Of a DNA stretch of 64,000 nucleotides, positions 38,788-51,348 are shown piece after piece. Position 1 is the stretch's first letter. Each line of letters opens with the position of its first letter. A program made the translations under genes and the position numbers. The stretch is from Arcobacteraceae bacterium (GTDB lineage: Bacteria > Campylobacterota > Campylobacteria > Campylobacterales > Arcobacteraceae). The stretch is from contig CBDCZH010000010.1 in assembly GCA_965224485.1 (NCBI GenBank), positions 128,001 through 192,000 on the forward strand. The letters are read 5' to 3'. The notes below the pieces were generated by a model. It made no database searches and was not told where the DNA came from. It worked only from the letters and a program-made list of their open reading frames with translations.

Positions 38788-40910
38788 TTACTCTTCTCTG
38801 AACTCTTTCTCATTTACAGTATCTAATATTCTTTGTGCAATAGAAGATGTATCAATTGCAATATCATGTGTTTTACTTGCAACAGAAGCATTATTTTGCG
38901 TTTGCTGATCAAGTCTATTTACCACATTATTTATTTGTTCAATACTTGTAGTTTGCTCATTTGAAGAAGTTTCAATATCTTTTATGATTTTAGTACTGCT
39001 AGAAATATTTTCATTTAAAGCATCATAACCTTTAATCATTTCATCTGCAATTTTTTTACCAGAATTTGTTTTAGTTGTTGCACTTTCCACTAATTCTTTT
39101 ATTTCTCTTGCCGCATCAGCCGATCTTGCTGCAAGATTTCTTACTTCTTGTGCTACAACTGCAAAACCTTTTCCAGCTTCACCAGCTGTTGCTGCTTCTA
39201 CTGCTGCATTAAGGGATAAAATATTTGTTTGAAAAGCAATTTGATCAATGACTGTAATTGCATCAGCAATTGATTGTGTTTGCTCATTTATTTCATTCAT
39301 TGAAGAAACAGTTGAGTTTGCTAAATCTTGACCATATTTAATAGCAGTAGATAATTCACTTGACTTATTAGACATTGTTCTTATTCTTTGAGTATTACTT
39401 ACAACAGTAGCTGTTATTTCTTCTAAAGCAGCAGCTGTTTCTTCTAGTGATACTGCTGTTTCATTTGAAGATGTATTTAAAATGTCTACATTTTCAAGTA
39501 GTATTTTTGAGCTTGATGAAAGAGTTAAACCATTTGATTTATTTTCTTGAAGCATTTTGTTAATTATTTGATTTAAATTATTTAAACCTTTGGAAATATT
39601 ACCTGTAGGATTTGAAATTAGCTCTAAAAAGTTAAGTTTTGAATATTTTTCTAGTGCTGATAAAATTTCATTTATATCTTTATCAATATTCTTATTTAAG
39701 ATATCTATCATGTCATTTAAAATGTGTTTTAGTTCATTTAAAGATGCAGTTGAAGACTCTTTTTGTACATGGTAATCTAATTTACCATCTTTTACTCTAT
39801 TTACTACTCTTTTTACATCTTCAATTAGTTCTCTATCTTTATTAATATTGATAGCTACAATTTCCATCTCTTCATCAATTATTTTTCCCATACTTCCAAA
39901 CTCATCATTCGTTTTTATATTAAGTTTATTGATATTTTTTTCTTTACCTTTTAAGTATTGAAAGAAAGTATATAAACCTCTATCTAATGTTTGTAAAGGA
40001 GATAATATTTTATTAAAACAAAATATAAGAATAATAATATCATTACTAATAAAAGTAAGTATAAAAAAACTTGTTTAATTAGCTGTGAATTTATTTCTGC
40101 AAAAGCTTTTTGCTTATCCATTTGAATTGTTAAATACCAAGAAGTAACTGGAATTTTACTATAAGAAATTAATTTTTCTTGTGAATTAGTTTTTGCTATA
40201 CCAAAATCAGAATCTTTTTTGCTTTTAATTTGTTTGAAAAGATTATGTTTTTTATTAAGAAGTTTTTTATTCTTATGTATTAATGTTTTTCCTTCTTTAT
40301 CTAATAAATAAGCAAAACCACCATTTCCTACATTAACATTTAATATTGTACTAACAACTGTATCTAAGAAAATATCAGATCCAATTACTCCTAATATTTT
40401 ATCATCTTTAATAAAAGGTGAAAAAACAGTTACTACTAGTTTTTTCGTTGATATATCTACATAAGGTGCAGTTACCCCAGCTTTTTTATTTTTTAATGCT
40501 TGTTTATACCAAGGTCGAGATCTTGCATCAAAATTATCCTTACTTACTCCTAAATAAGAACCATCAGCCATTAAAAAGTCACCAGTACTTTCAAAACCAA
40601 TATATAAATCTGCAAATTTTCCTGCATCTTTTGCTAATAATAATGTCTTAATTATTTCATTATTATTTATATTTAGTTCTGTAAGGGGCATGTTGTTTTT
40701 AACTGCATTTACAATATCAATTTTACTTTGTAAATAGCTATTAATAAACTTTGACGTTTGTTTTGATAAGTTCAATTCTTTTTGCTTAACTAGATTAAAT
40801 TTAGAATTGTATTCATTTGTTGTATTGTAAAAACCAAGTACAAAAAAAGAACAGGAGATGCTTATTAACAAGAGCATTAATATTTTTGCTTTTATACTAT
40901 TTTTTTTCAT
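38788..40910 (-). CDS. Cache-domain methyl-accepting chemotaxis protein, frameshifted near 40010
   Basis: dCache DARSRPWY in 39984-40910; [30 protein letters not shown] in 38788-39891; one extra A in a 4-base run restores the frame. Confidence 0.85.
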
Positions 40911-41016
40911 TTTTTATCCTTCTAATTGTTTACTTAATTATAACTAAAAATAATTTAATAATAAGATTAGAATAATAATGAAATAAAGAATAATACTTAG
41001 ATAAAAAATACTAAAA

Positions 41017-41048
41017 AAAAGCCAAAGAAAATAAATTCTTCGGCTTTT
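41017..41048 (-). terminator. Terminator downstream of atpE
   Basis: aaaagcc..ggctttt hairpin. Confidence 0.55.
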
Positions 41049-41082
41049 ATGTTTTGCTTTTAGTTTCTAAAAAATTTAGAGA

Positions 41083-41394
41083 CTATCCTAAGAAAGGATT
41101 TGCGAATAATGCAATAATAGCAAATACAAGTGTATAAATTACTTGTGCTTCGATCATTGCTAAAGCAATGAACATTGTAGTCATAAGTTTTCCACCTAAA
41201 CCAGGGTTTCTAGCAGTACCAGCAATAGTTGCAGCAGCAGTACTACCCATTCCAATAGCTCCACCCATAGCAGCAAGACCTAGACCAACAACAGCAGCAA
41301 GTACTGAGTAAGATTTTAACATTTCGTTTGCAACTGGATCAGCAGCAAAAGCTACACTTGCAAGAGCAAGCATTAAAAGAACAATTTTTTTCAT
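41083..41394 (-). CDS. atpE: F0F1 ATP synthase subunit c
   Basis: GLAAMGGAIGMG, ARNP loop, MIEAQVIY; N-terminal extension as in Campylobacterota. Confidence 0.95.
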   Translation of the reverse strand: MKKIVLLMLALASVAFAADPVANEMLKSYSVLAAVVGLGLAAMGGAIGMGSTAAATIAGTARNPGLGGKLMTTMFIALAMIEAQVIYTLVFAIIALFANPFLG

Positions 41395-41642
41395 TTTTTT
41401 TCCTTAAAATTTATTACTTATAAAACATCTTCGGATAGCGTAACTAAACTATAAAAGTCTAGCAATACTTACATAAATGCAAATATTTCCCTACTATTGT
41501 TTTCATAAGTGTGTATTGTACTTAATTTATATTTAAAAAAGGTTTATACAGCTTTTTTTTATATAAAAAAGTAAGAAAAAAATCAAATCTTTTTTTAATA
41601 TTTTTAATGTATAATAAAAAAAATTACTTTATAAGGTTTAAA

Positions 41643-43139
41643 ATGAAAAAATTCCTAGTTATATTATTTGTCTTACTTACCACTCTAGTTGTGGGAGTTT
41701 ACACTTTATTATTTACAAGTTCAGGAAACTCTATTGTTTCATCATTTATAGAAAACAAAGCAAATGAGCAGAAAAATGTTTCTTTTAAAGTTAATGCTTT
41801 TACTCTTACAACTTCTTCTATTAACTTTGATGCAAGTGTTGATAATAATTCACATATTAAAATAAATGGTGAATTATCTTTATTAAATCAAAGTGCAAAT
41901 TTGAGTTATGATATAAAAGTAAAAGATTTATCAAAACTTCAAAAACTAACAACTAAAAAACTAAATGGTAGTTTTAATACACAAGGAACAATAATAGGTG
42001 ATAGAGAACTTATGAATATAAAAGGTGTTTCTGATATTTTCTCAAGCTCTACAAAATATTCTGCTTCTTTGGTTAACTTAGAGCCAAAAGATATTTCACT
42101 TTTTGTAAAAAATGCAAAAATTGAAAAACTTTTATACTTATTAAACGAACCTTCTTATGCAAGAGGTTTGATTAATATTACTGCAAATATTAGAGATATG
42201 AAAGGGAAGATAGTAACTAAACTATCACAAGGTTTACTTAATAATAAAGTAGTAAATAAAAAGTTTGAAATGAAGTTAAGAAATCTATTAAGATTTAAAG
42301 GTGATATTGTTACTTCTTTAAGTAAAAACAGTGCTAGTACGAAAATTGATTTTTATACAACAATGGCAAATGTTTTTGTAAAAAAAGCTGTTTTTAATTT
42401 TGATGATGCTTCTTTAAATAGTGATTACAAAATTCATATTTCAAATTTGGCAAAACTTTACGACCTTAGTGCTACTAAAATGAGAGGAAATATTGTAATT
42501 AATGGAGAAGTTAAAAAAGACAAAAACTTGCTTCTTACAGGTTTCTCAAACCTTTTAGGTGGAAAATTAACATATAAACTTAATAATGATGATTTTACTG
42601 CAAAAATAAAAGACCTTAAAGTTTTAGAAATTTTACATATGCTTTATTATCCAGAGTTCTTTACTTCAAGAACCAATTTAGATATTGATTATAATCTGCT
42701 TTCTAAAAAAGGTAAAATCGAGGGTAAATTACTTGAGGGACAATTTTTAGCTAATAAGTTCTCAAGTATAATCAATCAAGTTGCTAGATTTGACATGACT
42801 AAAGAGGTTTATGATCATGTTATTTTAAAAAGTGATATTAATAAAAATATTATTAAGTCTGTTCTTGATATGAAAAGTAAACATACTTCTATAAGTATTC
42901 CTTCTTCTTTAGTGAATCTTGAAAAAAACAGTGTTCAAGCTTTAGTAAAAACTAATTTAAAAGGTATAAAGTTTGATACTAAAATATCTGGTGATTTAAA
43001 TAGTCCTGATATTAAAGTTGATACAAGTAAATTAATAAGTTCTGCTGCTAAAGCTAAAGTAAAAGAAAAAATAAATAAAACAATTGAGAAAAAACTTGGT
43101 GGAAAAGCTGGAGAGTTATTAAAAGGTTTTTTTAAATAA
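41643..43139 (+). CDS. Membrane-anchored beta-rich protein (AsmA-like)
   Basis: N-terminal TM, repeated beta strands, ISGDLNSPDIKVD, C-terminal LLKGFF. Confidence 0.55.
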   Translation: MKKFLVILFVLLTTLVVGVYTLLFTSSGNSIVSSFIENKANEQKNVSFKVNAFTLTTSSINFDASVDNNSHIKINGELSLLNQSANLSYDIKVKDLSKLQKLTTKKLNGSFNTQGTIIGDRELMNIKGVSDIFSSSTKYSASLVNLEPKDISLFVKNAKIEKLLYLLNEPSYARGLINITANIRDMKGKIVTKLSQGLLNNKVVNKKFEMKLRNLLRFKGDIVTSLSKNSASTKIDFYTTMANVFVKKAVFNFDDASLNSDYKIHISNLAKLYDLSATKMRGNIVINGEVKKDKNLLLTGFSNLLGGKLTYKLNNDDFTAKIKDLKVLEILHMLYYPEFFTSRTNLDIDYNLLSKKGKIEGKLLEGQFLANKFSSIINQVARFDMTKEVYDHVILKSDINKNIIKSVLDMKSKHTSISIPSSLVNLEKNSVQALVKTNLKGIKFDTKISGDLNSPDIKVDTSKLISSAAKAKVKEKINKTIEKKLGGKAGELLKGFFK

Positions 43140-43297
43140 AAGAGAGTGTAAACTCTCTTTTTGAAATTTAGATTTAGATTATTGAAAGGAGGAGAAAAAA
43201 CAATATTCTAAATCCTAAAAAGTATTATTCTTGTTTTCTGGTATTACAATTATAATATCTCTTCCTTAACGAAACTTTACAAAATCTTAACCGAATA

Positions 43298-43591
43298 TTA
43301 ATACAAGTCTTTTATAAGTAAGTCCATAATAAAAGCAGACTCTTTTTTATTAAATAAAGCGATTTGAGTTATGCTTTGTTTTTTATTTAAAACTATAATA
43401 TTCTCTTTTTTTAATATAGTTAAAAGTTTATTACTATCTTTATCTAAAAGATCTGCAATTTCTTCTATGTTTGAATGTATTAATGATTTAAAAAGTATGC
43501 TATCACTTTTTGAATAATTCTTAGTATTATAAATAATAAATGAACTAGTTGTCAAAAGTACTAATAAAACGATAATAAAAAAACTTTTCAA
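43298..43591 (-). CDS. Hypothetical protein
   Basis: N-terminal TM; AAGGA RBS. Confidence 0.5.
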   Translation of the reverse strand: MKSFFIIVLLVLLTTSSFIIYNTKNYSKSDSILFKSLIHSNIEEIADLLDKDSNKLLTILKKENIIVLNKKQSITQIALFNKKESAFIMDLLIKDLY

Positions 43592-43687
43592 TATATTCCT
43601 TTTAAATAATATAATTTATTATATATTAAAAAAATTAATAGATAATTAATAGATGATTAATAAAAAAAACTCTTTTAAATATAATTT

Positions 43688-43724
43688 TAGAACAATTGTT
43701 CTATAATTTAGAACAATTGTTCTA
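43688..43724. promoter_or_regulatory. Double TetR operator
   Basis: Two perfect palindromes TAGAACAATTGTTCTA, 21 bp apart, overlapping TATAAT. Confidence 0.8.
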
Positions 43725-43734
43725 AAGGAGAAGA

Positions 43735-44385
43735 ATGTCTTCAAGAAAAGAAGAAATCATTAATACTGCAATTAAACTTTTTAATGAAAAATCTTGCTTA
43801 AAAACTACAACTAGGCATATTTGTGAAGACTTAGGTATTAGTGTTGGAAACTTATATTATTATTTTAAAGGAAAAGAAGAAATTATTATTTGTATTTATG
43901 AAAATTTTATGAAAGAATTAGCTCTTTCTTTTGATCTTGTATCAAAGGAAAAAGATAAAGCTTTTGATTTTTATGAATTTTTAGATACTCAAATGAATTT
44001 TGAATATAAATATAGATTTTTAAGACTTGAAATGATAAATTTAATATCTTTATATCCTCAAATAAAAAAATCCTTTGAACTTGGTGTAAATATTAAAATG
44101 CAGCAATTAAAGAACTTATATAAACATCAAATAAAATTTGCTTATATGAAAGAACTTGATGAAGATGAATTAAGTTTTATTATTTCAAATTCTTGGATAA
44201 TAGTTTCCCAATGGGAAATATTTTGGTTATTAAATAAGGTAGAAGATGAAAAGAATAGAAGAAAAAAAGGTATTTTAAATTTATTGTATTTTTTAAAACC
44301 ATATTTGAGTGAAAAAGGTTTAAAAGAAACAAAAATACTAGACTCAATTAATTTTCTTAAAAAGGACAAAAATGAGAGTAAATAA
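43735..44385 (+). CDS. TetR/AcrR regulator
   Basis: TTTRHICEDLGISVGNLYYYFKGKEEI. Confidence 0.9.
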   Translation: MSSRKEEIINTAIKLFNEKSCLKTTTRHICEDLGISVGNLYYYFKGKEEIIICIYENFMKELALSFDLVSKEKDKAFDFYEFLDTQMNFEYKYRFLRLEMINLISLYPQIKKSFELGVNIKMQQLKNLYKHQIKFAYMKELDEDELSFIISNSWIIVSQWEIFWLLNKVEDEKNRRKKGILNLLYFLKPYLSEKGLKETKILDSINFLKKDKNESK

Positions 44386-46573
44386 AATGTTTAAAGCTAT
44401 GTTGCTAATGATATTTTGTATAAATTTACTTTATGCAAAACATTTAAATGTAAGAATTATAAGTGATGCTTTTAGCAGTGATTTAAATGAACAAATTATG
44501 TATGAAACAAATAAACTATTTGTAGACGAAGAAAAAATTAAATTTACTATTATAAAAACTGCTAAGAAAGAAGATTTCGCTAAGATATTTAAGGCTTCAA
44601 ACAAAGATATAAATATTGATGCTATTTTAATTTTAGGGCAAAATAATACAAAACTCTTATTAGAAGAAAAATACTTCAACAAACAAATAATTCTTTTAAG
44701 TTCTATGGCTTTAAATGAGAACTCATTAATAAGTAAAAAGAACTTGTATATTGTAGATTATTCTACTTATAAAAAAGACCTTAGTTTTATAAAAAACAAC
44801 TTTGTAAGTAAAAAAGTATTTATTCTAAATGATTTAGAAAAAAGTATTAAAAAAGAAGAATTAGGAAAATTAAAGAATTATGATTTTGTATATATACAAA
44901 ATGAATCTTTTAATAAAAAGAAATCATTAGAGTTTTTGTTTTCATATTTAAATGAAAACAAAATAAAATCATTTTATTCTTTTGATAACTCTTCTTTTAT
45001 AAATAAAACATTATTTTACAATCAAAAAATAAATTTAAGTAAAATATCAAGAACTGTAGCTTTAGAGCTTTATCAAGCTTTTAAAGAAGAAAAAGAAGAA
45101 CTTATAAAATATAATAAAGTATATTCAAACTTAGCTGTTGTTTTGAATGAAGATATTGCTTTAAAAATAGAATATAAACCAAGTTTTGATTTATTAGAAA
45201 AAGTTTTAAGTGTAGGTTCAAATAAGAGCAAAAACCTTAAAATAAATTTACAAGTTGCTATTTCTATGGTTTTAGAAAAATCATATGATTATCAAATATC
45301 TAAGAATAATCTTTTACGTCAAAATGAGAATATCAATAATGCTTATAGTTTTTACAAACCTAATATAAATTTATCTGCAAGTTACACTAGAATTGATAAA
45401 GATAGAGCAAAATATAGTAATGGTGCGTATGTTGAAAAAACATCTTCTTTATCTTTGTCTTATTCTCAACTTTTATATAGCCCCTTATCTTATAAAAATA
45501 TTAATATAAATAAAATACTTTATGAAGCAAGTAAAAGTGAAACAAAAACTATGCAAGATGCTATTTTATATCAAGTTGTTTTAAACTATCTAAATACTTT
45601 AAGTCTAGAAAAATCTTATGAGATAGTAAAAAATAAGAAAACTTTTATTAAAGAAAATTTAACATTAGCTGAAAATAGACTTGAAGTTGGATTTTCTGAT
45701 AAGAGTGATATTTATAGATGGCAAAATGAATTAGCTAATGTAAATATTGAACTTGTAAATGTAAAAGCAAGTTATAATAAACAAAAAATAGACTTATCAA
45801 ATTTATTACAAATACCAAATAAAGAACATATTTCTTTATTATCATATGATATAAACGATGAGATTTTTAAACTTTTTAATAAAACTCCTGCTTTATTAAT
45901 TTCTACGCCAAAAGATTTAGAAAAGTTAGCTACATATTTATCTTCATCTTTTATAAAAAAACATAATAAAATAAATATATATCTTGAACAAATAAAAGCA
46001 AAAAAAGAGCAAATAAAAGCTCTTAAACAAAGCTATTATTTGCCTGAGTTATCATTTAATGCAAGTGCTAGTAAAATCTTGCGAAAAGATGGAGAAGGAT
46101 CAAGGGTAGATACCTTATGGGATGATAAACAATATCAAAGTACTTTACAAGTTAAAATACCCTTATATTCTGGGGGTAGAAGAAGTATTGATGTTGAAAA
46201 GTATAAAATTGATTTAATGAATTTATACCATCTTTTAAATAAAGAAAAACTACAAATAAGTAAAAATATTTTAAAAGATATACAAAATATATCTTCTTCT
46301 TATAGTAGTATTAAGTACTCTAACCTAGCTTATAATAGTTCAAAGAAAAATTATGACTTAATACAAGACAAATATGCAAAAGGTAAAACAAGTATATTAA
46401 GTCTACTTGATGCTCAAAACTCGATGATAATAGCAAAAATGTTAAAAAATTCTTCTACATATTCTTACTTATTAGATGTAAGTACGATTTTTTATACAAT
46501 TGGTCATATAAATATTTTATATAATAAAAGTGACAAACAAAACATGCAAATTGAATTAAGAAAAGGTTTATAA
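44372..46573 (+). CDS. TolC-family outer membrane factor with long N-terminal domain
   Basis: YKPNINLSAS, YLPELSF, KYAKGKTSILSLLDAQ. Confidence 0.8.
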   Translation: MRVNKMFKAMLLMIFCINLLYAKHLNVRIISDAFSSDLNEQIMYETNKLFVDEEKIKFTIIKTAKKEDFAKIFKASNKDINIDAILILGQNNTKLLLEEKYFNKQIILLSSMALNENSLISKKNLYIVDYSTYKKDLSFIKNNFVSKKVFILNDLEKSIKKEELGKLKNYDFVYIQNESFNKKKSLEFLFSYLNENKIKSFYSFDNSSFINKTLFYNQKINLSKISRTVALELYQAFKEEKEELIKYNKVYSNLAVVLNEDIALKIEYKPSFDLLEKVLSVGSNKSKNLKINLQVAISMVLEKSYDYQISKNNLLRQNENINNAYSFYKPNINLSASYTRIDKDRAKYSNGAYVEKTSSLSLSYSQLLYSPLSYKNININKILYEASKSETKTMQDAILYQVVLNYLNTLSLEKSYEIVKNKKTFIKENLTLAENRLEVGFSDKSDIYRWQNELANVNIELVNVKASYNKQKIDLSNLLQIPNKEHISLLSYDINDEIFKLFNKTPALLISTPKDLEKLATYLSSSFIKKHNKINIYLEQIKAKKEQIKALKQSYYLPELSFNASASKILRKDGEGSRVDTLWDDKQYQSTLQVKIPLYSGGRRSIDVEKYKIDLMNLYHLLNKEKLQISKNILKDIQNISSSYSSIKYSNLAYNSSKKNYDLIQDKYAKGKTSILSLLDAQNSMIIAKMLKNSSTYSYLLDVSTIFYTIGHINILYNKSDKQNMQIELRKGL

Positions 46574-47664
46574 TGAAAGACAAAGTTTTAGGTTTAATAG
46601 GAATACTATTTCTTCTTATCTCTTTTACATCTTGTGAAGATAAAAATAAAGAAGAAGTTGTTGAAGTTATAATTAGACCAGTTATAACAATCAATCCAAG
46701 GCTTAAAAATAGTGAAATTAATAAAACATTTAACGCTATTTCAAAAGCTCATGAGCAAATAAATTTAAGTTTTAAAGTAAAAGGAAATATAAATAAAATT
46801 GATTTGGAGCTTGGAGATTTTGTTAAAAAAGGAGATTTATTAGCTTCTTTAGATTCAAAACCTTATTATATAAAAAATAAACAAGCTTCTTTTTCCCTGC
46901 AAGAAGCTAAAGCTAAATTAAAAAATGCGAAAAGTTCTTACAATAGAGTTAAAAAACTTTATATTAATCAAAATAGCTCTCAAAGTGACTTAGATAGTGC
47001 ACAAGCACTATATTATTCAATTAAAGCTAGTGTTTCAAAGGCACAACAGAGTTTGGATTTTACTAAACTGCAACTATCATATACTTATTTATATGCACCA
47101 AAAAGTGGTTTTATTGCAGCTAAATATGTGCAAAAAGATGAAAATGTTAATGTAGGAACTACTTTGCTTTTATTAAGTGATGAAAATGTTTTAGATGTAA
47201 GTGCTCAAATTCCTGAGAATTTTATTAATAGTATAAAAGAAAATGACGAAGTATTATTAAGTTTTGATTCTTTAAAAAATCAAACATTTAAAGCAAGAGT
47301 TACTGAAGTATCAAAAATTGCCTCAATTAAAGTAAAAACATTTGAAGTAATAGTAAAACTATTAAAAATCAATAAAAATGTAAAAGCAGGAATGGCTGCA
47401 AGAATTACTTTTTTCTTAAATGAAAAAGGTTCTAATATATTAGAAGTACCAAGTGCAAGTGTACTTAATGATAAAAATGGATATTTTGTATATTTAGCTA
47501 TAAAGTATAAAGATAATTTGGCAAAAATCAAAAGAGTAAATATAGAAGTTGGAAAATTAAGTTCTAGTGGTTTTGAAGTATTAAAAGGTTTAAAGAAAGA
47601 TGATTTAGTTTTAAAAGCTGGTATGTCTCAAGTTTTTGAAGATATGATTGTTGAATTAAGGTAA
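46573..47664 (+). CDS. RND periplasmic adaptor (MFP) lipoprotein
   Basis: Lipobox FTSC; LSFKVKG, GDFVKKGDLLA, LYAPKSG. Confidence 0.9.
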   Translation: MKDKVLGLIGILFLLISFTSCEDKNKEEVVEVIIRPVITINPRLKNSEINKTFNAISKAHEQINLSFKVKGNINKIDLELGDFVKKGDLLASLDSKPYYIKNKQASFSLQEAKAKLKNAKSSYNRVKKLYINQNSSQSDLDSAQALYYSIKASVSKAQQSLDFTKLQLSYTYLYAPKSGFIAAKYVQKDENVNVGTTLLLLSDENVLDVSAQIPENFINSIKENDEVLLSFDSLKNQTFKARVTEVSKIASIKVKTFEVIVKLLKINKNVKAGMAARITFFLNEKGSNILEVPSASVLNDKNGYFVYLAIKYKDNLAKIKRVNIEVGKLSSSGFEVLKGLKKDDLVLKAGMSQVFEDMIVELR

Positions 47665-47667
47665 AAA

Positions 47668-50600
47668 ATGAATATTACAAAATTTGCACTAAAAAATGAC
47701 AGGGTAATAATAGTTTTTTCACTTATTTTACTAGTATATGGTTTAATATCTTTTTTCAATCTTCCAAGAGCGAAAGATCCTGGGTTTATAATAAGAACAG
47801 CTACAGTTGTAACATATTTCCCAGGAGCTAGTGCATTAAGAGTTGAACAGTTAGTTACTGATAAATTAGAAAAAGCAATTAAAGAAATGCCTGAAATTGA
47901 CAATATTAAAAGTACTTCAAAAACTGGTGTTTCTATTATTTTCGTTAATATTTTAGAAAAACATAAAAAAATGCGTCCTATTTGGGATAAATTACAAAGA
48001 AAAGTAAATAAAGCTCAAAGAGAACTACCTTCTGGAGTATCTATTCCTATTGTAAATGATGAGTTTGGTGATGTTTATGGAACCCTTTTATCAATAAAGG
48101 CAAAAGGTTTGTCTCCTAAAGAGCTAGAAAAAATAGCAGATGATACTAAAGATGTCTTTTTACGTTTAAAGAATATTGCAAAAGTAGATATTTTAGGTAT
48201 TCAAGAACAAAGAATTTTTGTAGAGTTTGATAACTCAAAATTGGCAAATTTAGGAATAAGTGCTCTTTACTTAAAAAATATTCTAAGCAAAAAAAATATT
48301 GTTATTTCAGGAGGTGAGATAAAAGTAGATAAAGCAAGACTTTCTATTGAGCCTAGTGGAAATTATGAAAATATTCAAGGTTTAGAAAATACTATTATTA
48401 CTCTGCCTTCTGGAACTAATATATTTTTAAAAGATATAGCCAGTATAAAAAGTTCTTATAAGCAACCACAAAGTACTCTACTTCGCGTAAATTCACAGAA
48501 TTCTTTGCTTCTCGCAATTTCAATGAAAAAAGATGGTGATATTCTTCAGATGGGTGAAAATATTAGAGCTTTAATGAAAAAAGTTCAAGAGAAACAAGCC
48601 TTAGGTGTAGAAATGGATGTTCTATTTTTTGAAGCTTCTTTAGTAGATAGAATTGTAGGAAATTTTACAAATAATTTACTTCAAGCTATGTTTCTTGTTG
48701 TTTTAGTTATGTTATTTACTCTAGGAATTAGAACAGGAATGATTGTAGCAACTCTTATTCCCATGTCTATTTTTTCTAGTTTTATTTTAATGAGTGTTTT
48801 TGATATTTGGATTGATCAGGTATCTTTAGCTGCTTTAATAATATCTCTTGGTCTCTTAGTTGATTCTGCTATTGTTATGAGTGAGTCTATTATGGTTATG
48901 ATGCAAAAAAGGTAAAGATGTTTATACAGCATCTCTTGAGTCTGCAAAAGAGTTAAAAATTCCATTATTAACATCATCTTTAACAACAGCGGCTGCTTTT
49001 TTACCGATTTTTCTAGCAAAATCAAATACGGGAGAGTATACAAATGCAATTTTTAAAGTTGTATCTTTAACTCTTTTATCTTCTTGGGTTTTAGCTTTAA
49101 CACTAACTCCTGTTTTAAGTATGTATTTTATGAAAAAAGATTTAAAACCACATAATTTTGATTCAAGTATTTATAAAATATACAGAAAAATATTAGAAAA
49201 AATGTTAAAAAATAGAATAATTTCTCTCCTTAGTATTATATTTATTTTTGTTTTTGTAATGTCTTTATTTAAGTATGTACCAAAACTATTTTTTCCACCT
49301 TCAGATCAGCCAAGTTTTACTATTGAGCTTAGACTTCCTGTTGGAACAGCAATTGAAACTACTTCTTCAAATTTAAAACAAATTGAAAATTATCTTTATG
49401 ATAATTTTGTTTTAAAAGAGAAAAAAGTTATTAATTTTGTCTCTTTTATAGGAGAAGGAGCTCCTAGATTCTGGCTTTCATATGTAAAAGAGTTAGCTAG
49501 TCCTGAGTATGGAGTTATCTTAGTTAATACAAAAGATTTAGCAGCAAATAAAGAAGTTATGAAAAAAATTGAAAATTATTGTTTCAAAAACTTTCCAGAT
49601 ATGCAAATTGCTGCAAAACCTCTTGCAAATGGTCCTCCTGTTAAAAAACCAGTTGAAATTAGAATTAGTGGTAAAAATATAGAAGAGTTATTTAAAATAT
49701 CAAATAGAATTAAACAAGAGCTCTCTTCTATTCCTGGTGTTAAAAATATTTCAGATGATTGGGGTTTAAGAAGTAAAAAATTAAAAGTTAATATTAATGA
49801 AATAAAAGCTTTACGAGCTGGAATTACTAATTATGATATTGCCATATCCCTACAAGCTAGTTTAAGTGGATATAAAATAACAACTTTTAGAAAAAACGAT
49901 AAATTAATTCCTATAATATTACGATCAAATAAAAAAGTAAGAGATAATATAGATGCAATTGAAGGAATTAATGTTTATTCTCAAAGTACAGGAAAAAATA
50001 CTCCTTTGGGGCAAGTGGCTTCCATAGAAGTTGTTTATGAAGAGTCTAAAATAATAAGACGTGACAGGTTAAAAACTGTTACTATTTCTACTGAGATAAC
50101 AAAAGATGCGAATGCTTTGGCAATTTTTGAGCAAATAAAACCTTTTTTAGAAAAGTACTCGAAAAGTTTTAATCTTGGTTATTATTATGAATTTGGTGGA
50201 GAATTTGAAGCTACTGGGAAATCTCAAAAATCAATTGCGGTTAATCTACCCTTAACTGGAATGATAATTCTTTTAATAATGGTCACTCAGTTTAATTCTA
50301 TTAAAAAACCAATTATTATTCTTACAACGATTCCTTTGGGTATGATAGGTGTAGTTATTGGTTTATTAGCGGTTAGATCATATTTTGGTTTTATGACATT
50401 ACTTGGAATAATATCTTTATCAGGTATTGTTATTAATAATGCAATTGTATTATTAGAGCGAATTAAAATAGAGCAAGAAGAAGCTAGTTCTCATTTTGAG
50501 GCAGTTATTACTGCTTGTTTAAGTAGGTTTAGACCAATTCTTTTAACTACACTTACAACAATCTTAGGACTTATTCCTTTATATTTAAGTGGTGGTCCTA

Positions 50601-50716
50601 TGTGGGAACCAATGGCAGTAGCTATTATTTTTGGACTATTATTTGCTACTATTTTAACTCTTGGTTTTATTCCAGTGTTATATGCTTTATTTTATAAAGT
50701 AAAAGAAGAAGTATAA
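47668..50716 (+). CDS. RND efflux permease, frameshifted at the A6 run near 48905-48910
   Basis: GLLVDSAIV and RFRPILLTT motifs; removing one A joins the two ORFs. Confidence 0.88.
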
Positions 50717-50772
50717 AAAATATAGATAGCTTGTTTAAGAAGTTATGCATTAAATTAATGCATAACTTTAGA

Positions 50773-51348
50773 TTAAAGTATTTTCTCTAAAACTTCTTTT
50801 ATCTCTTTAGGGTTTGTAAAATGATCAATTTTTGCAATAAATTTACCGCTTTTATCAAAGATATAAATATATGAAGTATGAGAAACTGAATAATCCATAG
50901 CAGAGTTTTCTAGTTTAACAAACTGATAATAAGAGCCATATCTTTTTACAATGTCATCAATATTTTCTTTATTAGAAGTAGCTCCTAAGAAAGTTGGATG
51001 AAAATAAGAAGAATACTCTTTTAAGTTTTTTAACTTATCTCTTTTTGGATCAACTGAAATAAATAAACCAGCAAAATCTTTTGTTTTTTCTTTAGGAAAA
51101 CTTTTTACAGCTTGCGCAAGAGAACTTAAAGAAGTAGGGCATACATCTGGGCAATACATATAACCAAAATAAATAGCTAAAACCTTACCTTCAAAATCTT
51201 TTTTACTAATTTCACCATCTATTGTAGATAGAGTGAAATCATACTTTTTGCTTTCTTTATAATCATTCATTAATGGTTCTAGGGCAAAAATAAGTCCTAG
51301 GGCAAAAATGAATACAAAAGCATATGAAATAATTTTTTTAATACTCAT
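50773..51348 (-). CDS. SCO family copper chaperone
   Basis: FGYMYCPDVCP, ISVDPKRD, YSVSHTS. Confidence 0.92.
   Translation of the reverse strand: MSIKKIISYAFVFIFALGLIFALEPLMNDYKESKKYDFTLSTIDGEISKKDFEGKVLAIYFGYMYCPDVCPTSLSSLAQAVKSFPKEKTKDFAGLFISVDPKRDKLKNLKEYSSYFHPTFLGATSNKENIDDIVKRYGSYYQFVKLENSAMDYSVSHTSYIYIFDKSGKFIAKIDHFTNPKEIKEVLEKIL

Noticed and set aside
41083..41394. Orphan atpE with a signal-like extension as a novelty
   Set aside because: A split atp operon and N-terminally extended subunit c are normal in Campylobacterota
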